56,591 nucleotides of DNA from Bacilli bacterium (lineage in GTDB: Bacteria; Bacillota_I; Bacilli_A; ML615J-28; CAG-698). Made by a program: the position numbers and the translations under genes. Each line of letters opens with the position of its first letter. Within the stretch, counting starts at the first letter, position 1. This document shows positions 18,631 to 27,952 of this stretch, piece after piece. The notes under the pieces are model-generated. The model worked only from the letters and a program-made list of their open reading frames with translations. It was not told the DNA's origin and searched no databases. Location of the stretch: contig JBAYTC010000001.1 in assembly GCA_041675825.1 (NCBI GenBank), positions 1-56,591 of the forward strand, written 5' to 3'.

Positions 18631-19206
18631 ATGAAAAAAGTTGTTTCTATTATAGTATTATTCTTAATTGTTAGTTTATTATCAGGATGTGATTTTATTG
18701 ATCATCAGTTTTATTTAAGAAAGCATCATAGTTATTCTTCAATTGAAGACTTGTCTGTTAAAATTAATAAGTATCAAAATGATGTTCCGCTTTTTAAATT
18801 TAATATTTCTGAAGAAGAACACTATGAGAATATTCAACTGTATGAGCATCGTGATAAGATATTTTGGTCTTATTCATATGCTAGTTCAAATCCACAAATG
18901 GGATATAGTTATTTTGTGCTGTTAGAATCTGAAAAGTCTTTAAGTATAGATAATGATAATTTTGGTGACGTTGTTGTTGAGAATGAAGAAATTTTTAATA
19001 ATATCAAATTTAGATATTCAGTTATTAATCCTAATGATCAAGATAATAGATATACAGTAAACTCCACTGCTTTTTTTGCATTTCAAGATGAATATTATTT
19101 TTTAAGTATTATATATTCATATTATCAAGATGAGATTGATGGATATTTAATTATTAAAGACTTTGTAATAAACACCTTAGACTATTTAAATCAAAACCAT
19201 GTTTAA
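18631..19206 (+). CDS. Hypothetical lipoprotein
   Basis: Lipobox LLSGC. Starts 5 nt after the preceding ORF, so likely co-transcribed. No recognisable domain. Confidence 0.55.
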   Translation: MKKVVSIIVLFLIVSLLSGCDFIDHQFYLRKHHSYSSIEDLSVKINKYQNDVPLFKFNISEEEHYENIQLYEHRDKIFWSYSYASSNPQMGYSYFVLLESEKSLSIDNDNFGDVVVENEEIFNNIKFRYSVINPNDQDNRYTVNSTAFFAFQDEYYFLSIIYSYYQDEIDGYLIIKDFVINTLDYLNQNHV

Positions 19207-19220
19207 TACATGGTTTTTGT
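19193..19220 (+). terminator. Rho-independent terminator
   Basis: aaaaccatg / catggtttt stem with a 7-nt loop and T tail. It overlaps the stop of the lipoprotein gene. Confidence 0.7.
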
Positions 19221-19294
19221 TTTGTATAAAAAATATTGGAATTTCTAGATAATAGTGGTATAATTAATATGAATTAAATAGGAGGAAATGTTTA

Positions 19295-22200
19295 ATGAGC
19301 ATTATATCAAGAGGTAAAATTGTAAGAAAATCTTTAATTTTGTTTACACTAATATTTGTTATTGCATTCACGATTTCGGGATGTACTAATGTAATTGATG
19401 TTACTGGAATTAATGTTGATAAAGATGAAGTGGAAGTGTTTGTTGGAGGTACTATTCAGGTTAAAGGATCTGTAATACCAAGCAATGCTACTAGTAAAAA
19501 TCTTGAATGGTATAGTAATAATAGTGAAATTGCTAAAGTAAATGATGGACTTATCGAGGGAGTTAGCATTGGTGATACTACAGTTACAGTTAGTCATGGG
19601 GATTTTCAAAAAATAATTAATGTAAGCGTAAAGGCACTGGAGTATACACTTACTTTTGATACTGATGGTGGTTCAGTTTTTAGTGAACAAAAACTAGCAG
19701 CTGGTGAAGTGCCAACTTATCCTGGTGCACCAGTTAAAGCAAACCATAAGTTTTTAGGATGGTTTGAAGCAGATTTAACAACTGAATTTAATTTTAACTC
19801 TACGTTAAAAGAGGATACAGTAGCTTATGCCAAATGGGAAATAAATAAAGTAAAAGTGGTTTTCAAATTAGGCACATCTACTTATGAAGAAGTTAATGTA
19901 AATTATGGTGGAAAAGTAGAAGAACCCACAATTCCAACTAAAGCTGGTTACAGTTTTATTGGATGGTATATTAATGAAGAATTATTTGATTTTAATTCTG
20001 AGATTACATCACAAATTGAGTTAACAGCAGGGTTTGAACCAAATACAGATACTGCATATACTGTTAAACATTATAAATTTAATATAGAAACAGAAGAATT
20101 TGATCTTGTTGAAACAGAGAATCTTACGGGAACAACTGGAGAAACCGTAAAACCTGTTTTAAAAACATATGATGGATTAATGCCAGAAGAAGAATATGAA
20201 GGTGTTGTATTACCTGATGGAAGCTTAGTTATTGAAGTACGATATGTTTTGTGGAATTTCTCACTTGAATATGTTTTAAATGGTGGAAACTTTACTTATG
20301 AATCAAGAGCTGACATGGTTGAAGACTTTTTAAAAGACTCTGGAGCTGCACTTAAAAGAGTAGACACATTAGCTACGATTGATGGCTATGAAAATTGGAG
20401 TCCAATAGATTATCATGAGTTCTTCTTGAATCCTACTTACAAAGATAAATGGATGTGGATACCTAAGTATTTAAGCGTTGTTGGCTCTACAACTAATAAA
20501 AATGCATCTAGAGATTTAACACAATCTACGACAGTTTCACAATTTACAAGCAAAAATTCAAATCATGTATATGCTCTAACTTATGAGGTTAGAGGATTCA
20601 TTCTTGGAAAGAAGTATACTAAAAACGCAAGTTGGATGAGCAGTGATTATTCTGACTATCAATTACAAAATGGTTTTTGGGATACTTTTGTAGAAAACAA
20701 TGAGATAACCAAGTTTGAAAACCTTAAAGAAGAGCAAACATTGATAACAAATGCTTATAAAGAAGGATATAATTTTGGTGGTTGGTATTTAAATAGTGAC
20801 TTTACGGGTGATCCTGTTACTAAGATATCATCTAACGCCAAACTCTATGCTAAATGGGTCGAAAAGAATCCGGTTACGGAAATCAAAATTAATAATACTG
20901 AAACGGTAATGGAAAAATTTTCAACTTTACAATTATTGTTTGACGTTTTACCAAATGAAGCATTTAATAAGACAGTAGCTTTTAGTTCAACTAATGATAA
21001 AGTATTAAAAGTTTCAGATACTGGATTAGTTACTGCTTTGAATGCTGGTACTGCATCGATTGTAATAAAGGCTGTTGTTAGTGGAATAACTGCAACTATT
21101 GAATTAACGGTTACTCCACAAGATGATATAGTAGTAAAATACTCAGATAATTTTACAGGAACATTATTTGTTAATGAGGAAACAAGTTTAGAATTATCTG
21201 GAGTTGGAGAACTTACTAATTCATCATTTAGCTATGTAAGCAGTAATCCTAATGTGATTTCAGTATCACCTGAAGGGATTATCAAAGGGTTAAGTGTTGG
21301 TGTCGGTACGATTGAAGTTAAATTAGCTTCTGATTCCTCTGATTTATTAACGTTAACTATAACAGTGATCGAGGAGTTAAGCGAAGTGAGAATAGATAGA
21401 TTAATAGATTTAATTCAAAAAGCAAATAATCCTGTTGTAGATACAGTTAATGCAAGTTTATACTATGATGATTGGTCAAGTTTTCAACAGTATTATGATT
21501 CTGTTTATGGAAGTGTTAATAAATTCTTATTCGATGGATTAAATTTAGATAAAACAACTTATCTTATAAATCCTGCAGTTCAAACTAATAAAACTGGTGG
21601 AGTTAAATCATCAACTGAATTCATTACAGTGCATGATACTGCAAACCTAGGTGGAGGCTTAAAAAATCATGGAGAATATTGGAGACAAACAACTCATAGC
21701 ACATCCATTCATTTTACTGTTGGAGATTATGGTGTTGTTCAGAGCTTAGATACAAAGTATATAGCTCACCATGCTGGTGATGGCACAGGCACTACCTTTA
21801 CTTGGACTGATACAGGACTTGCTAGTAATGATAATTTACAACCAGCTATTTCAATTTCTACAAATGGATATTTCACATTTAATGGTTTAGAGTCTACGGT
21901 TTTAGCACCTGTAGGACACAATGATGAAATATTGGATGATTCATATTTTTCAAACCTTGGTCCAACATGGAAAATTGGTAGTAATGGAAACTATTATTTA
22001 GGTACTCATTGGTTTGTTGACTCTCAAGTAGAAAGAGGAGTTATTGCATCTAAGGGAGGAAATAACAACTCAACAGGAATTGAAATGTGTGTTAATACTG
22101 ATGGTAATATTTATGATACATGGCAAAGAACAGCTAAACTTGTTGCTCAATTATTAATTGAACATGATTTAGACTTAAATAGAGTAGTTCAACATAATAC

Positions 22201-22507
22201 TTTTACTGGTAAGAACTGCCCTCAATCACTAATCATGTCTGATTATTGGAAAACTTTTATGGAAATGGTAGAATTAGAACATATAGTTATGAAAGATTTT
22301 AGTGATGCGAAGATTACATTCACATCTAACAATCCAAATCTTGTATCAAATAGAGGACTAGTTATCGGATGGCCTTCTAAAGCAACATCTGTCACTTATA
22401 CAGTAGGTGTTGAAATAGATGGTGTGACTAAATCAATTACCCTTGGTTCTGTAATTCCGGGAACTTCTTCTTGGTCACAATTTGATGGATATTTTTCAAC
22501 AAAATAA
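19295..22507 (+). CDS. Large surface lipoprotein: Big_2, Listeria-Bacteroides (Flg_new) repeats, unknown central region, two more Big_2 domains, C-terminal N-acetylmuramoyl-L-alanine amidase (Amidase_2/PGRP) domain
   Basis: 1070 aa. Lipobox TISGC. Ig-like Big_2 stretches such as VTVSHGDFQKIINVSV. Flg_new repeats such as YTLTFDTDGG...FLGWF and GYSFIGWY. Amidase_2 motifs ITVHDTAN, IHFTVGD, AHHAGDG, STGIEMCVN, VQHNTFTGKNCPQ. Confidence 0.8.
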   Translation: MSIISRGKIVRKSLILFTLIFVIAFTISGCTNVIDVTGINVDKDEVEVFVGGTIQVKGSVIPSNATSKNLEWYSNNSEIAKVNDGLIEGVSIGDTTVTVSHGDFQKIINVSVKALEYTLTFDTDGGSVFSEQKLAAGEVPTYPGAPVKANHKFLGWFEADLTTEFNFNSTLKEDTVAYAKWEINKVKVVFKLGTSTYEEVNVNYGGKVEEPTIPTKAGYSFIGWYINEELFDFNSEITSQIELTAGFEPNTDTAYTVKHYKFNIETEEFDLVETENLTGTTGETVKPVLKTYDGLMPEEEYEGVVLPDGSLVIEVRYVLWNFSLEYVLNGGNFTYESRADMVEDFLKDSGAALKRVDTLATIDGYENWSPIDYHEFFLNPTYKDKWMWIPKYLSVVGSTTNKNASRDLTQSTTVSQFTSKNSNHVYALTYEVRGFILGKKYTKNASWMSSDYSDYQLQNGFWDTFVENNEITKFENLKEEQTLITNAYKEGYNFGGWYLNSDFTGDPVTKISSNAKLYAKWVEKNPVTEIKINNTETVMEKFSTLQLLFDVLPNEAFNKTVAFSSTNDKVLKVSDTGLVTALNAGTASIVIKAVVSGITATIELTVTPQDDIVVKYSDNFTGTLFVNEETSLELSGVGELTNSSFSYVSSNPNVISVSPEGIIKGLSVGVGTIEVKLASDSSDLLTLTITVIEELSEVRIDRLIDLIQKANNPVVDTVNASLYYDDWSSFQQYYDSVYGSVNKFLFDGLNLDKTTYLINPAVQTNKTGGVKSSTEFITVHDTANLGGGLKNHGEYWRQTTHSTSIHFTVGDYGVVQSLDTKYIAHHAGDGTGTTFTWTDTGLASNDNLQPAISISTNGYFTFNGLESTVLAPVGHNDEILDDSYFSNLGPTWKIGSNGNYYLGTHWFVDSQVERGVIASKGGNNNSTGIEMCVNTDGNIYDTWQRTAKLVAQLLIEHDLDLNRVVQHNTFTGKNCPQSLIMSDYWKTFMEMVELEHIVMKDFSDAKITFTSNNPNLVSNRGLVIGWPSKATSVTYTVGVEIDGVTKSITLGSVIPGTSSWSQFDGYFSTK

Positions 22508-22513
22508 TTTAAT

Positions 22514-22535
22514 GAGGGCTATATGCCCTCTTTTT
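22514..22535 (+). terminator. Rho-independent terminator of the surface amidase gene
   Basis: gagggc-tatat-gccctc followed by TTTTT. Confidence 0.8.
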
Positions 22536-22550
22536 ATAAAAGGAGTAGTT

Positions 22551-22739
22551 ATGAATATTAATATAAATCCATTTATTTTATTAAGTATTGTAAATATGAA
22601 GTTAAGAGATTACTATGATAGTTTAGAAAGGTTAACAGAGGTAGAAAGAGTTAGTTTAAGTGAACTTCTAGAAAAACTAGATAGCATTGGTTATGTTTAT
22701 TCAGATATTAATAATCAATTTATAAGTAAAAAAGCATAA
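22551..22739 (+). CDS. DUF4250 domain protein
   Basis: 62 aa starting at the ATG at 22551, 5 nt after AGGAG. PFILLSIVNMKLRDYYDSLERL...IGYVYSDINNQF matches the DUF4250 pattern. The track start at 22482 would read through the terminator. Confidence 0.7.
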   Translation: MNININPFILLSIVNMKLRDYYDSLERLTEVERVSLSELLEKLDSIGYVYSDINNQFISKKA

Positions 22740-22789
22740 GTGGTTGTTTTAAATATTATTATTTGATATAATAAGTTGAGGTATATATT

Positions 22790-23899
22790 ATGAAAAAAGC
22801 ATTTAAAATCGCGTCGATAACAGTTTTAGGTTTACTTATTATAATTGTTGGATATGTTTTATATATGCAGTTTCAGTATTATCGAATTGAGGATAATCTT
22901 GATTTGAATAGTCAAATTAATAATAATCAAGATAGTATCGTTACATTAGACACCGAATTAAGTATCTCTACTTATAATATTGGCTTTGGTGCATATAATA
23001 GAGAATTTTCATTTTTTATGGATTCTGGTGTCATGCTTGATGGTACTAAAGTGAATGGTAGTGGGTCAAGAGCTAAATCAAAAGATGTTGTACTACAAAA
23101 TACCAATGGTGCAATTGAAATAATGAATACTTTGAATCCAGACTTTATGTTATTTCAAGAGGTTGATATTAAATCGACAAGAAGTCATAAAGTAAATCAA
23201 TTAGATATGATAAATAGAAACTTTGAATTTCATGGTAGTGTTTTTGCATCAAATTTTCATAGTGCTTTCTTATTTTATCCGATACTAAATCCACATGGGT
23301 CAACATCATCGGGTATAGCTACTTTAAGTAAATACAAGATTGAAAATTCTCTAAGGCGTAAACTACCTATTGATGAGGGATTCTTAAATAAATTTTTTGA
23401 TCTTGATCGAGCCTTTACTATATCTAGATTTAAAGCTTCAGATAAAGAATTAGTGATAATAAATGTTCATTTGTCTGCCTATGATGAAGGCGGGGTTTAT
23501 AGAAAACAGCAATTAGAACTTCTTAATACGGTTTTGGAAGATGAACGCGCTAAAGGCAATTATGTTATTGCTGGAGGAGACTTTAATCACGATATTGCAG
23601 GTAGTTTAAACTTGTTTGAAACTACTCAGGAGGTTCCTGAGTGGGTCTATGTTTTAGAAGAAGAGGATTTAGCAGATGGCTATAAGTTTGCAACCAGTAA
23701 TGTAAACCCTACTTGTAGAAGTACAGATTTGGAGTATACAGAAGGTGTAAATTATTCAGTGGTAATAGATGGTTTTATAGTTAGTGAAAACATAGATATA
23801 GTTAGTGTTGAAAATATAGTTAAGTTGGGTTTACAAGATGTTAATTTTCTATATAGTGATCACAACCCGGTAATATTGAAATTTAAATTAAAGGGGTAG
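22790..23899 (+). CDS. Membrane-anchored endonuclease/exonuclease/phosphatase (EEP) family protein
   Basis: N-terminal TM IASITVLGLLIIIVGYVLY. EEP motifs YNIGFG, FQEVD, INVHLSA, GGDFNHD, SDHNPV. Confidence 0.8.
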   Translation: MKKAFKIASITVLGLLIIIVGYVLYMQFQYYRIEDNLDLNSQINNNQDSIVTLDTELSISTYNIGFGAYNREFSFFMDSGVMLDGTKVNGSGSRAKSKDVVLQNTNGAIEIMNTLNPDFMLFQEVDIKSTRSHKVNQLDMINRNFEFHGSVFASNFHSAFLFYPILNPHGSTSSGIATLSKYKIENSLRRKLPIDEGFLNKFFDLDRAFTISRFKASDKELVIINVHLSAYDEGGVYRKQQLELLNTVLEDERAKGNYVIAGGDFNHDIAGSLNLFETTQEVPEWVYVLEEEDLADGYKFATSNVNPTCRSTDLEYTEGVNYSVVIDGFIVSENIDIVSVENIVKLGLQDVNFLYSDHNPVILKFKLKG

Positions 23900-23902
23900 A
23901 TT

Positions 23903-24913
23903 ATGGGCAGAAACATTCTTACACCAGGACCATTATTAAACGATGAAGGTGATTTAATCGAAAGTGGTTACAGTAATAGTCTTTGTAAAATATATGAAAG
24001 AGACAGGATTAAAGCTAATAAGCTTAGAATCAAGGAATGGGATTATTACTATGTAGGTAATAATGATTATGGAATTGCATTAACTATTGCTGATAATTCT
24101 TATATGTGGATGGTTAGTGTTTCAGTTTTAGATTTTGTTAATAAAACCGATATAACAAAATCTTCTATTGGTTTGTTTAGTATGGGCAAGCTGAATCTAC
24201 CACATAGTAGTAAAACAGGGAATATAGAATTTAGAAAAAAGAATTTTTATTTTAAGTTTACTAATGGTGATGATCGAAGATTAGAAGTTTTTTATAAAAA
24301 CTTTAAGAACGGAGATTTCTATTGTGACGTTACTTTAAGTGAAACAAGTGAAAATTCGATAGTTCTAGCCACTCCATTTAAGAAACCTAAACATTTCTAC
24401 TATAATCAAAAAATCAACAATTTAAAAGCAAAAGGATATTTTAATTATTCTGGTAAAGAATACTCACTTGAGAATTCATTTGGCGTTTTAGATTGGGGTA
24501 GAGGAGTCTGGACTTATAAAAACACTTGGTATTGGTCTAGTTTTAGTGGGATATGTGATGGGAAATTGGTAGGTTTTAATTTGGGATATGGCTTTGGTGA
24601 AAATCCAGAAACAGAGAATATTGTTTTTGTTGATAATGAATATTTTAAACTAGGTGATGTAGAATTTATAATATCTAAAAGAAATAATCAAGAAAAATAT
24701 TTGGATCAATGGTTAATAAGATCTAGTGATGAAAGCATTCATTTAATATTTGAACCAATACTTGACCGCCATGCCGATACTAATTTGTTAGTATTAAGAT
24801 CCTTACAACACCAAGTTTTTGGAAAATTTACTGGATATATCAAGACCGGTGATAGAATAATAGTTATTGATCATATGGTAGGTTTTGCTGAAAAGGTTTA
24901 TAATAAGTGGTAA
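23903..24913 (+). CDS. DUF2804 domain protein
   Basis: 336 aa. N-terminus TPGPLLNDEGDLIESGYS...RIKEWDYYYV matches the DUF2804 family pattern as I recall it. Starts 3 nt after the EEP gene stop. Confidence 0.65.
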   Translation: MGRNILTPGPLLNDEGDLIESGYSNSLCKIYERDRIKANKLRIKEWDYYYVGNNDYGIALTIADNSYMWMVSVSVLDFVNKTDITKSSIGLFSMGKLNLPHSSKTGNIEFRKKNFYFKFTNGDDRRLEVFYKNFKNGDFYCDVTLSETSENSIVLATPFKKPKHFYYNQKINNLKAKGYFNYSGKEYSLENSFGVLDWGRGVWTYKNTWYWSSFSGICDGKLVGFNLGYGFGENPETENIVFVDNEYFKLGDVEFIISKRNNQEKYLDQWLIRSSDESIHLIFEPILDRHADTNLLVLRSLQHQVFGKFTGYIKTGDRIIVIDHMVGFAEKVYNKW

Positions 24914-24920
24914 ATGCCAT

Positions 24921-24949
24921 TTGACAATAACATATTAGTTGGATATAAT
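24921..24949 (+). promoter_or_regulatory. Perfect-consensus SigA promoter of the toxin-antitoxin pair
   Basis: TTGACA at 24921-24926, exactly 17 nt of spacer, TATAAT at 24944-24949. RBS GGGAGG at 24961. Confidence 0.7.
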
Positions 24950-24972
24950 GTATATGCTGCGGGAGGATTGAC

Positions 24973-25224
24973 ATGATAATTAGACCATCTACATTAATGA
25001 GAAATAACTACAAAGAGATATCAAAATTAGCAAAGAAGACAAAAGGTCCGATTTACTTAACTAAAAATGGTAAAGGTGATCTGATGGTTATGGACATTGA
25101 TGCCTTTGTAGAAAGAGAAAATCTAATTAACTTTCATGAAAAACTTTTAATTTCTGAAATTAATCACACATCAGGGAATCATGAAATACCATTGGATAAG
25201 ATCAAAGAAAAGTGGTTAAGTTAA
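24973..25224 (+). CDS. Type II antitoxin, Phd/YefM family
   Basis: 83 aa. N-terminus STLMRNNYKEISKLAKKTKGPIYLTKNGKGDLMVMDIDAF is typical of Phd/YefM antitoxins. Confidence 0.75.
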   Translation: MIIRPSTLMRNNYKEISKLAKKTKGPIYLTKNGKGDLMVMDIDAFVERENLINFHEKLLISEINHTSGNHEIPLDKIKEKWLS

Positions 25225-25532
25225 TGGTAAACACTTTTTTCACACAAATTGCAGAATTAGATATTGAATACATCAATTATCAAAATGCAAATAAAAACAA
25301 TGAAGTTGTTGAATCAATAATAGATGAAATTGATAAAATTGATCGAGATATTATTTTTGGTGATAGACTACCAAAAAAAATAAATAGCGAAATAGTATAT
25401 TATTACTTATTAGTTGATAAATATATTATAATATACAGAAAATCAAAAGAAAAAAAATTGGTGATTAGAATTCTTAACTTAAGGGATGATTATAAGTATA
25501 TTGAACATTTACTAAATGAAGAAGTAAAATAA
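25224..25532 (+). CDS. Putative type II toxin, ParE/RelE-like
   Basis: 102 aa from the ATG in a TAATG overlap with the antitoxin stop. Start FFTQIAELDIEYINYQ and C-terminus YIIIYRKSKEKKLVIRILNLRDDY resemble the ParE/RelE fold pattern. The sequence is divergent. Confidence 0.55.
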   Translation: MVNTFFTQIAELDIEYINYQNANKNNEVVESIIDEIDKIDRDIIFGDRLPKKINSEIVYYYLLVDKYIIIYRKSKEKKLVIRILNLRDDYKYIEHLLNEEVK

Positions 25533-25561
25533 AAAATTCATACTAAGGTATGAATTTTTTT
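25531..25561. terminator. Bidirectional terminator between the toxin gene (+) and the aldolase-like gene (-)
   Basis: aaaaaattcata-ctaagg-tatgaatttttt. Confidence 0.8.
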
Positions 25562-26576
25562 AATGATTTTTAATGAATGATAGGAAATTATCAACAAACT
25601 TAGTAGTGGTAAACCAAGATGTTACTAGCCTAATCGTAGATTTTTCAGGTCCGGATATCCAGGTTTCAAATGAGAAATTAGTCTTTAATTCTTCAACTAC
25701 TGAATTATTTAAAGTAATAAATACTTGATTTGATACTTGAGGGTATAAAAATTCTGTGTTTAGTTTCTTTAAACCATTTGCAAGATATTTTGCCATATCA
25801 TTTGCCTTTTTACCTATCTCAAAGAATAGATTATCAGTAAACAAAGCTTCAAATTGTATTCCAATTAGGTATCCTTTAGCAAGCATTCCACCGTTTTGTT
25901 TTATTGAGTGTCTAAAATTACTTTGTAATAGCTTATTTTTAATTATAATAGCTTCACCTATTAGAGCACCATTTTTGGTACCACCCAAATAGAATGCATC
26001 AGTTAAACTATTTATGTCATTTAATGATAAATTATTTGAATCGTTAGTTAAAGCCACACCGAGCCTAGCTCCATCTAAATAAAGATATAAATCGAGTTCT
26101 TTACATTTTGCAGATAGTGCTTTTAATTCCTCTTTTGTATATAGGGTTCCAATTTCTGTAGTGTTTGATATATACACTAGTTTTGGGATAACCATGTGTT
26201 CATCAACATGATTATTAAATACATCTTCTATGTCTTTTGGTTTTAGTTTGCCATCTAATGTTTTGACTAAAAGTATTTTATGTCCAGTACTTTCAATTGC
26301 ACCGGTTTCATGTACATTAATGTGACCTGTTTCAGCACTAATGACAGCTTCGTAGGGCTTAAGGACATGGCTAATAAAGGTTCTATTGACACTTGTCCCA
26401 CCTATCATAAAGTGAATGTCAACCTCATCAGAGAAGTACTTTTTAATTTTATCTTTTGCTTTTTCAGAAATAGAATCTAAACCATATCCATTAAACTGTT
26501 GATTGCTATATTCGTTCATTAATTTGAATATATTAGGATGGGCTAATTCACTATAATCATTTTTAAAACTTATCAA
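25560..26576 (-). CDS. PLP-dependent threonine aldolase / beta-eliminating lyase family protein
   Basis: ISFKNDYSELAHP..., GGTSVNRTFISHVL, TGHINVHETGAIESTGHK, VYISNTTEIGT, LDGARLG, GGTKNGA. The likely start is TTG at 26576, 7 nt after GAGGTG. The ATG at 26615 given by the track lies upstream of a TGCTATAAT -10 element. Confidence 0.8.
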   Translation of the reverse strand: MISFKNDYSELAHPNIFKLMNEYSNQQFNGYGLDSISEKAKDKIKKYFSDEVDIHFMIGGTSVNRTFISHVLKPYEAVISAETGHINVHETGAIESTGHKILLVKTLDGKLKPKDIEDVFNNHVDEHMVIPKLVYISNTTEIGTLYTKEELKALSAKCKELDLYLYLDGARLGVALTNDSNNLSLNDINSLTDAFYLGGTKNGALIGEAIIIKNKLLQSNFRHSIKQNGGMLAKGYLIGIQFEALFTDNLFFEIGKKANDMAKYLANGLKKLNTEFLYPQVSNQVFITLNNSVVEELKTNFSFETWISGPEKSTIRLVTSWFTTTKFVDNFLSFIKNH

Positions 26577-26725
26577 ATTAATCACCTCTAGTATATTATA
26601 GCATAAAATAAACAATTTGCTTTAACAAATCAAAAAAAATCAAGTTAGTTGTATTAGGACTTTATTGGCTTATAACTTTATTTATTATAAAAAAGATGTT
26701 ATAATAGATACAAATAGGAGGTATT

Positions 26726-27952
26726 ATGAATTTTTTAAATGTTACTAGTGAAATAGGTAGATTGAAAAAAGTCATGGTTCATCGACCTGGTAAAGAACTA
26801 GAGAATCTTACCCCCAAATGGTTAGAACATCTTTTATTTGATGACATACCTTGGCTGGACAAAGCAAAGGAAGAGCACGATAATTTTGTTGAAACACTAA
26901 GAAAAAGTGGGGTAGAAGTATTATATCTTACTGATCTAATGTGTGAGACACTAGATTTTGATCAGAAAGTAAAAAATGATTTTATTAAACAATTCATTGA
27001 TGAGTCAAATATTTATAGTGAGTCGCTAAAAGAACTAGTGTATGAATACTTATCTAAAATTGATTCAACCAAGGAATTAATTGAAACGACGATGGCTGGT
27101 ATTAGAAAAACTGATTTAGAAAACTATGAAAAAAGAACTTTGAGCGATTATATTAGAGACTATCCATTTATTTGTGATCCAATGCCTAACTTGTATTTTA
27201 CTCGTGATCCGTTTTCTATAATAGGTAGTGGAGTAGCTATATCAAGTATGAAGTCAAATGTTAGAAGTAGAGAAACAATCTACGGTGATTATATTTTTAG
27301 ATACCACCCAGACTACAAAAATCCGAAAATTCAACATTTCTATCATCGCCTAAAAAAAGCTTCCATTGAAGGCGGAGATATTTTAGTTTTAAATAAACAT
27401 ATTGTTGCTATTGGAGTTAGTCAAAGAACCCATCCTTTTGCAATAGAAGATATCGCAAAAGAGTTATTAATAAGTAATGATCATCAGTTTGAAAAAGTGT
27501 TGGCTTTTGACATACCAAAAACTAGAGCCTTTATGCACTTAGACACAGTGTTTACTCAGGTTGACACAAATATATTCTTATCACACAGCGATATTCAAGA
27601 AGAATTAACAGTTTATGAACTAACTTTAGATTTAAAGAAATCTAAAGTGTTAGTTAAAGAAATTCATAAACAGCTCAAGGATATTCTTGAATACTATTTA
27701 AAAAGAGAAATAATATTAATTCCATGTGGAGGCAATGATGTTATTTCTGGAGCAAGAGAGCAGTGGAATGATGGTGCTAACACTTTAGCAATATCTCCAG
27801 GTGAAGTAATTGTTTATGAAAGAAATCATATAACGAATGATATTTTAAGAAAACATGGGGTTAAAGTACATACAATAGAATCTAGTGAACTATCAAGAGG
27901 TAGAGGTGGCCCTAGATGTATGAGTATGCCATTTGTAAGAGAAAATGAATAA
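26726..27952 (+). CDS. arcA: Arginine deiminase
   Basis: 408 aa. Motifs VTSEIGRLKKVMVHRPG, NLYFTRDP, MHLDTVF, and C-terminal catalytic GGPRCMSMP. Confidence 0.93.
   Translation: MNFLNVTSEIGRLKKVMVHRPGKELENLTPKWLEHLLFDDIPWLDKAKEEHDNFVETLRKSGVEVLYLTDLMCETLDFDQKVKNDFIKQFIDESNIYSESLKELVYEYLSKIDSTKELIETTMAGIRKTDLENYEKRTLSDYIRDYPFICDPMPNLYFTRDPFSIIGSGVAISSMKSNVRSRETIYGDYIFRYHPDYKNPKIQHFYHRLKKASIEGGDILVLNKHIVAIGVSQRTHPFAIEDIAKELLISNDHQFEKVLAFDIPKTRAFMHLDTVFTQVDTNIFLSHSDIQEELTVYELTLDLKKSKVLVKEIHKQLKDILEYYLKREIILIPCGGNDVISGAREQWNDGANTLAISPGEVIVYERNHITNDILRKHGVKVHTIESSELSRGRGGPRCMSMPFVRENE

Noticed and set aside
22482-22550. N-terminal extensions offered by the ORF track: 22482 for DUF4250, 8709 for ahpF, 5918 for znuB, 26615 for the aldolase-like gene, 34866 for potA, 46122 for phoU, 50647 for the acyltransferase-like gene, 18098 and 4377.
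   Set aside because: In each case the extension overlaps a terminator, a -10 element, the RBS itself or the upstream gene. A downstream ATG/GTG/TTG with proper Shine-Dalgarno spacing matches the N-termini of homologues.
17100-25560. Possible genomic island integrated at tRNA-Ser (accessory-looking genes, TA module at the far end).
   Set aside because: No integrase, recombinase or mobility gene is present. I could not find a direct repeat of the tRNA 3' end (ttcgaatcccttctcctccgcca) downstream, and there is no obvious compositional break. I treat it as a variable chromosomal region, not a demonstrated island.
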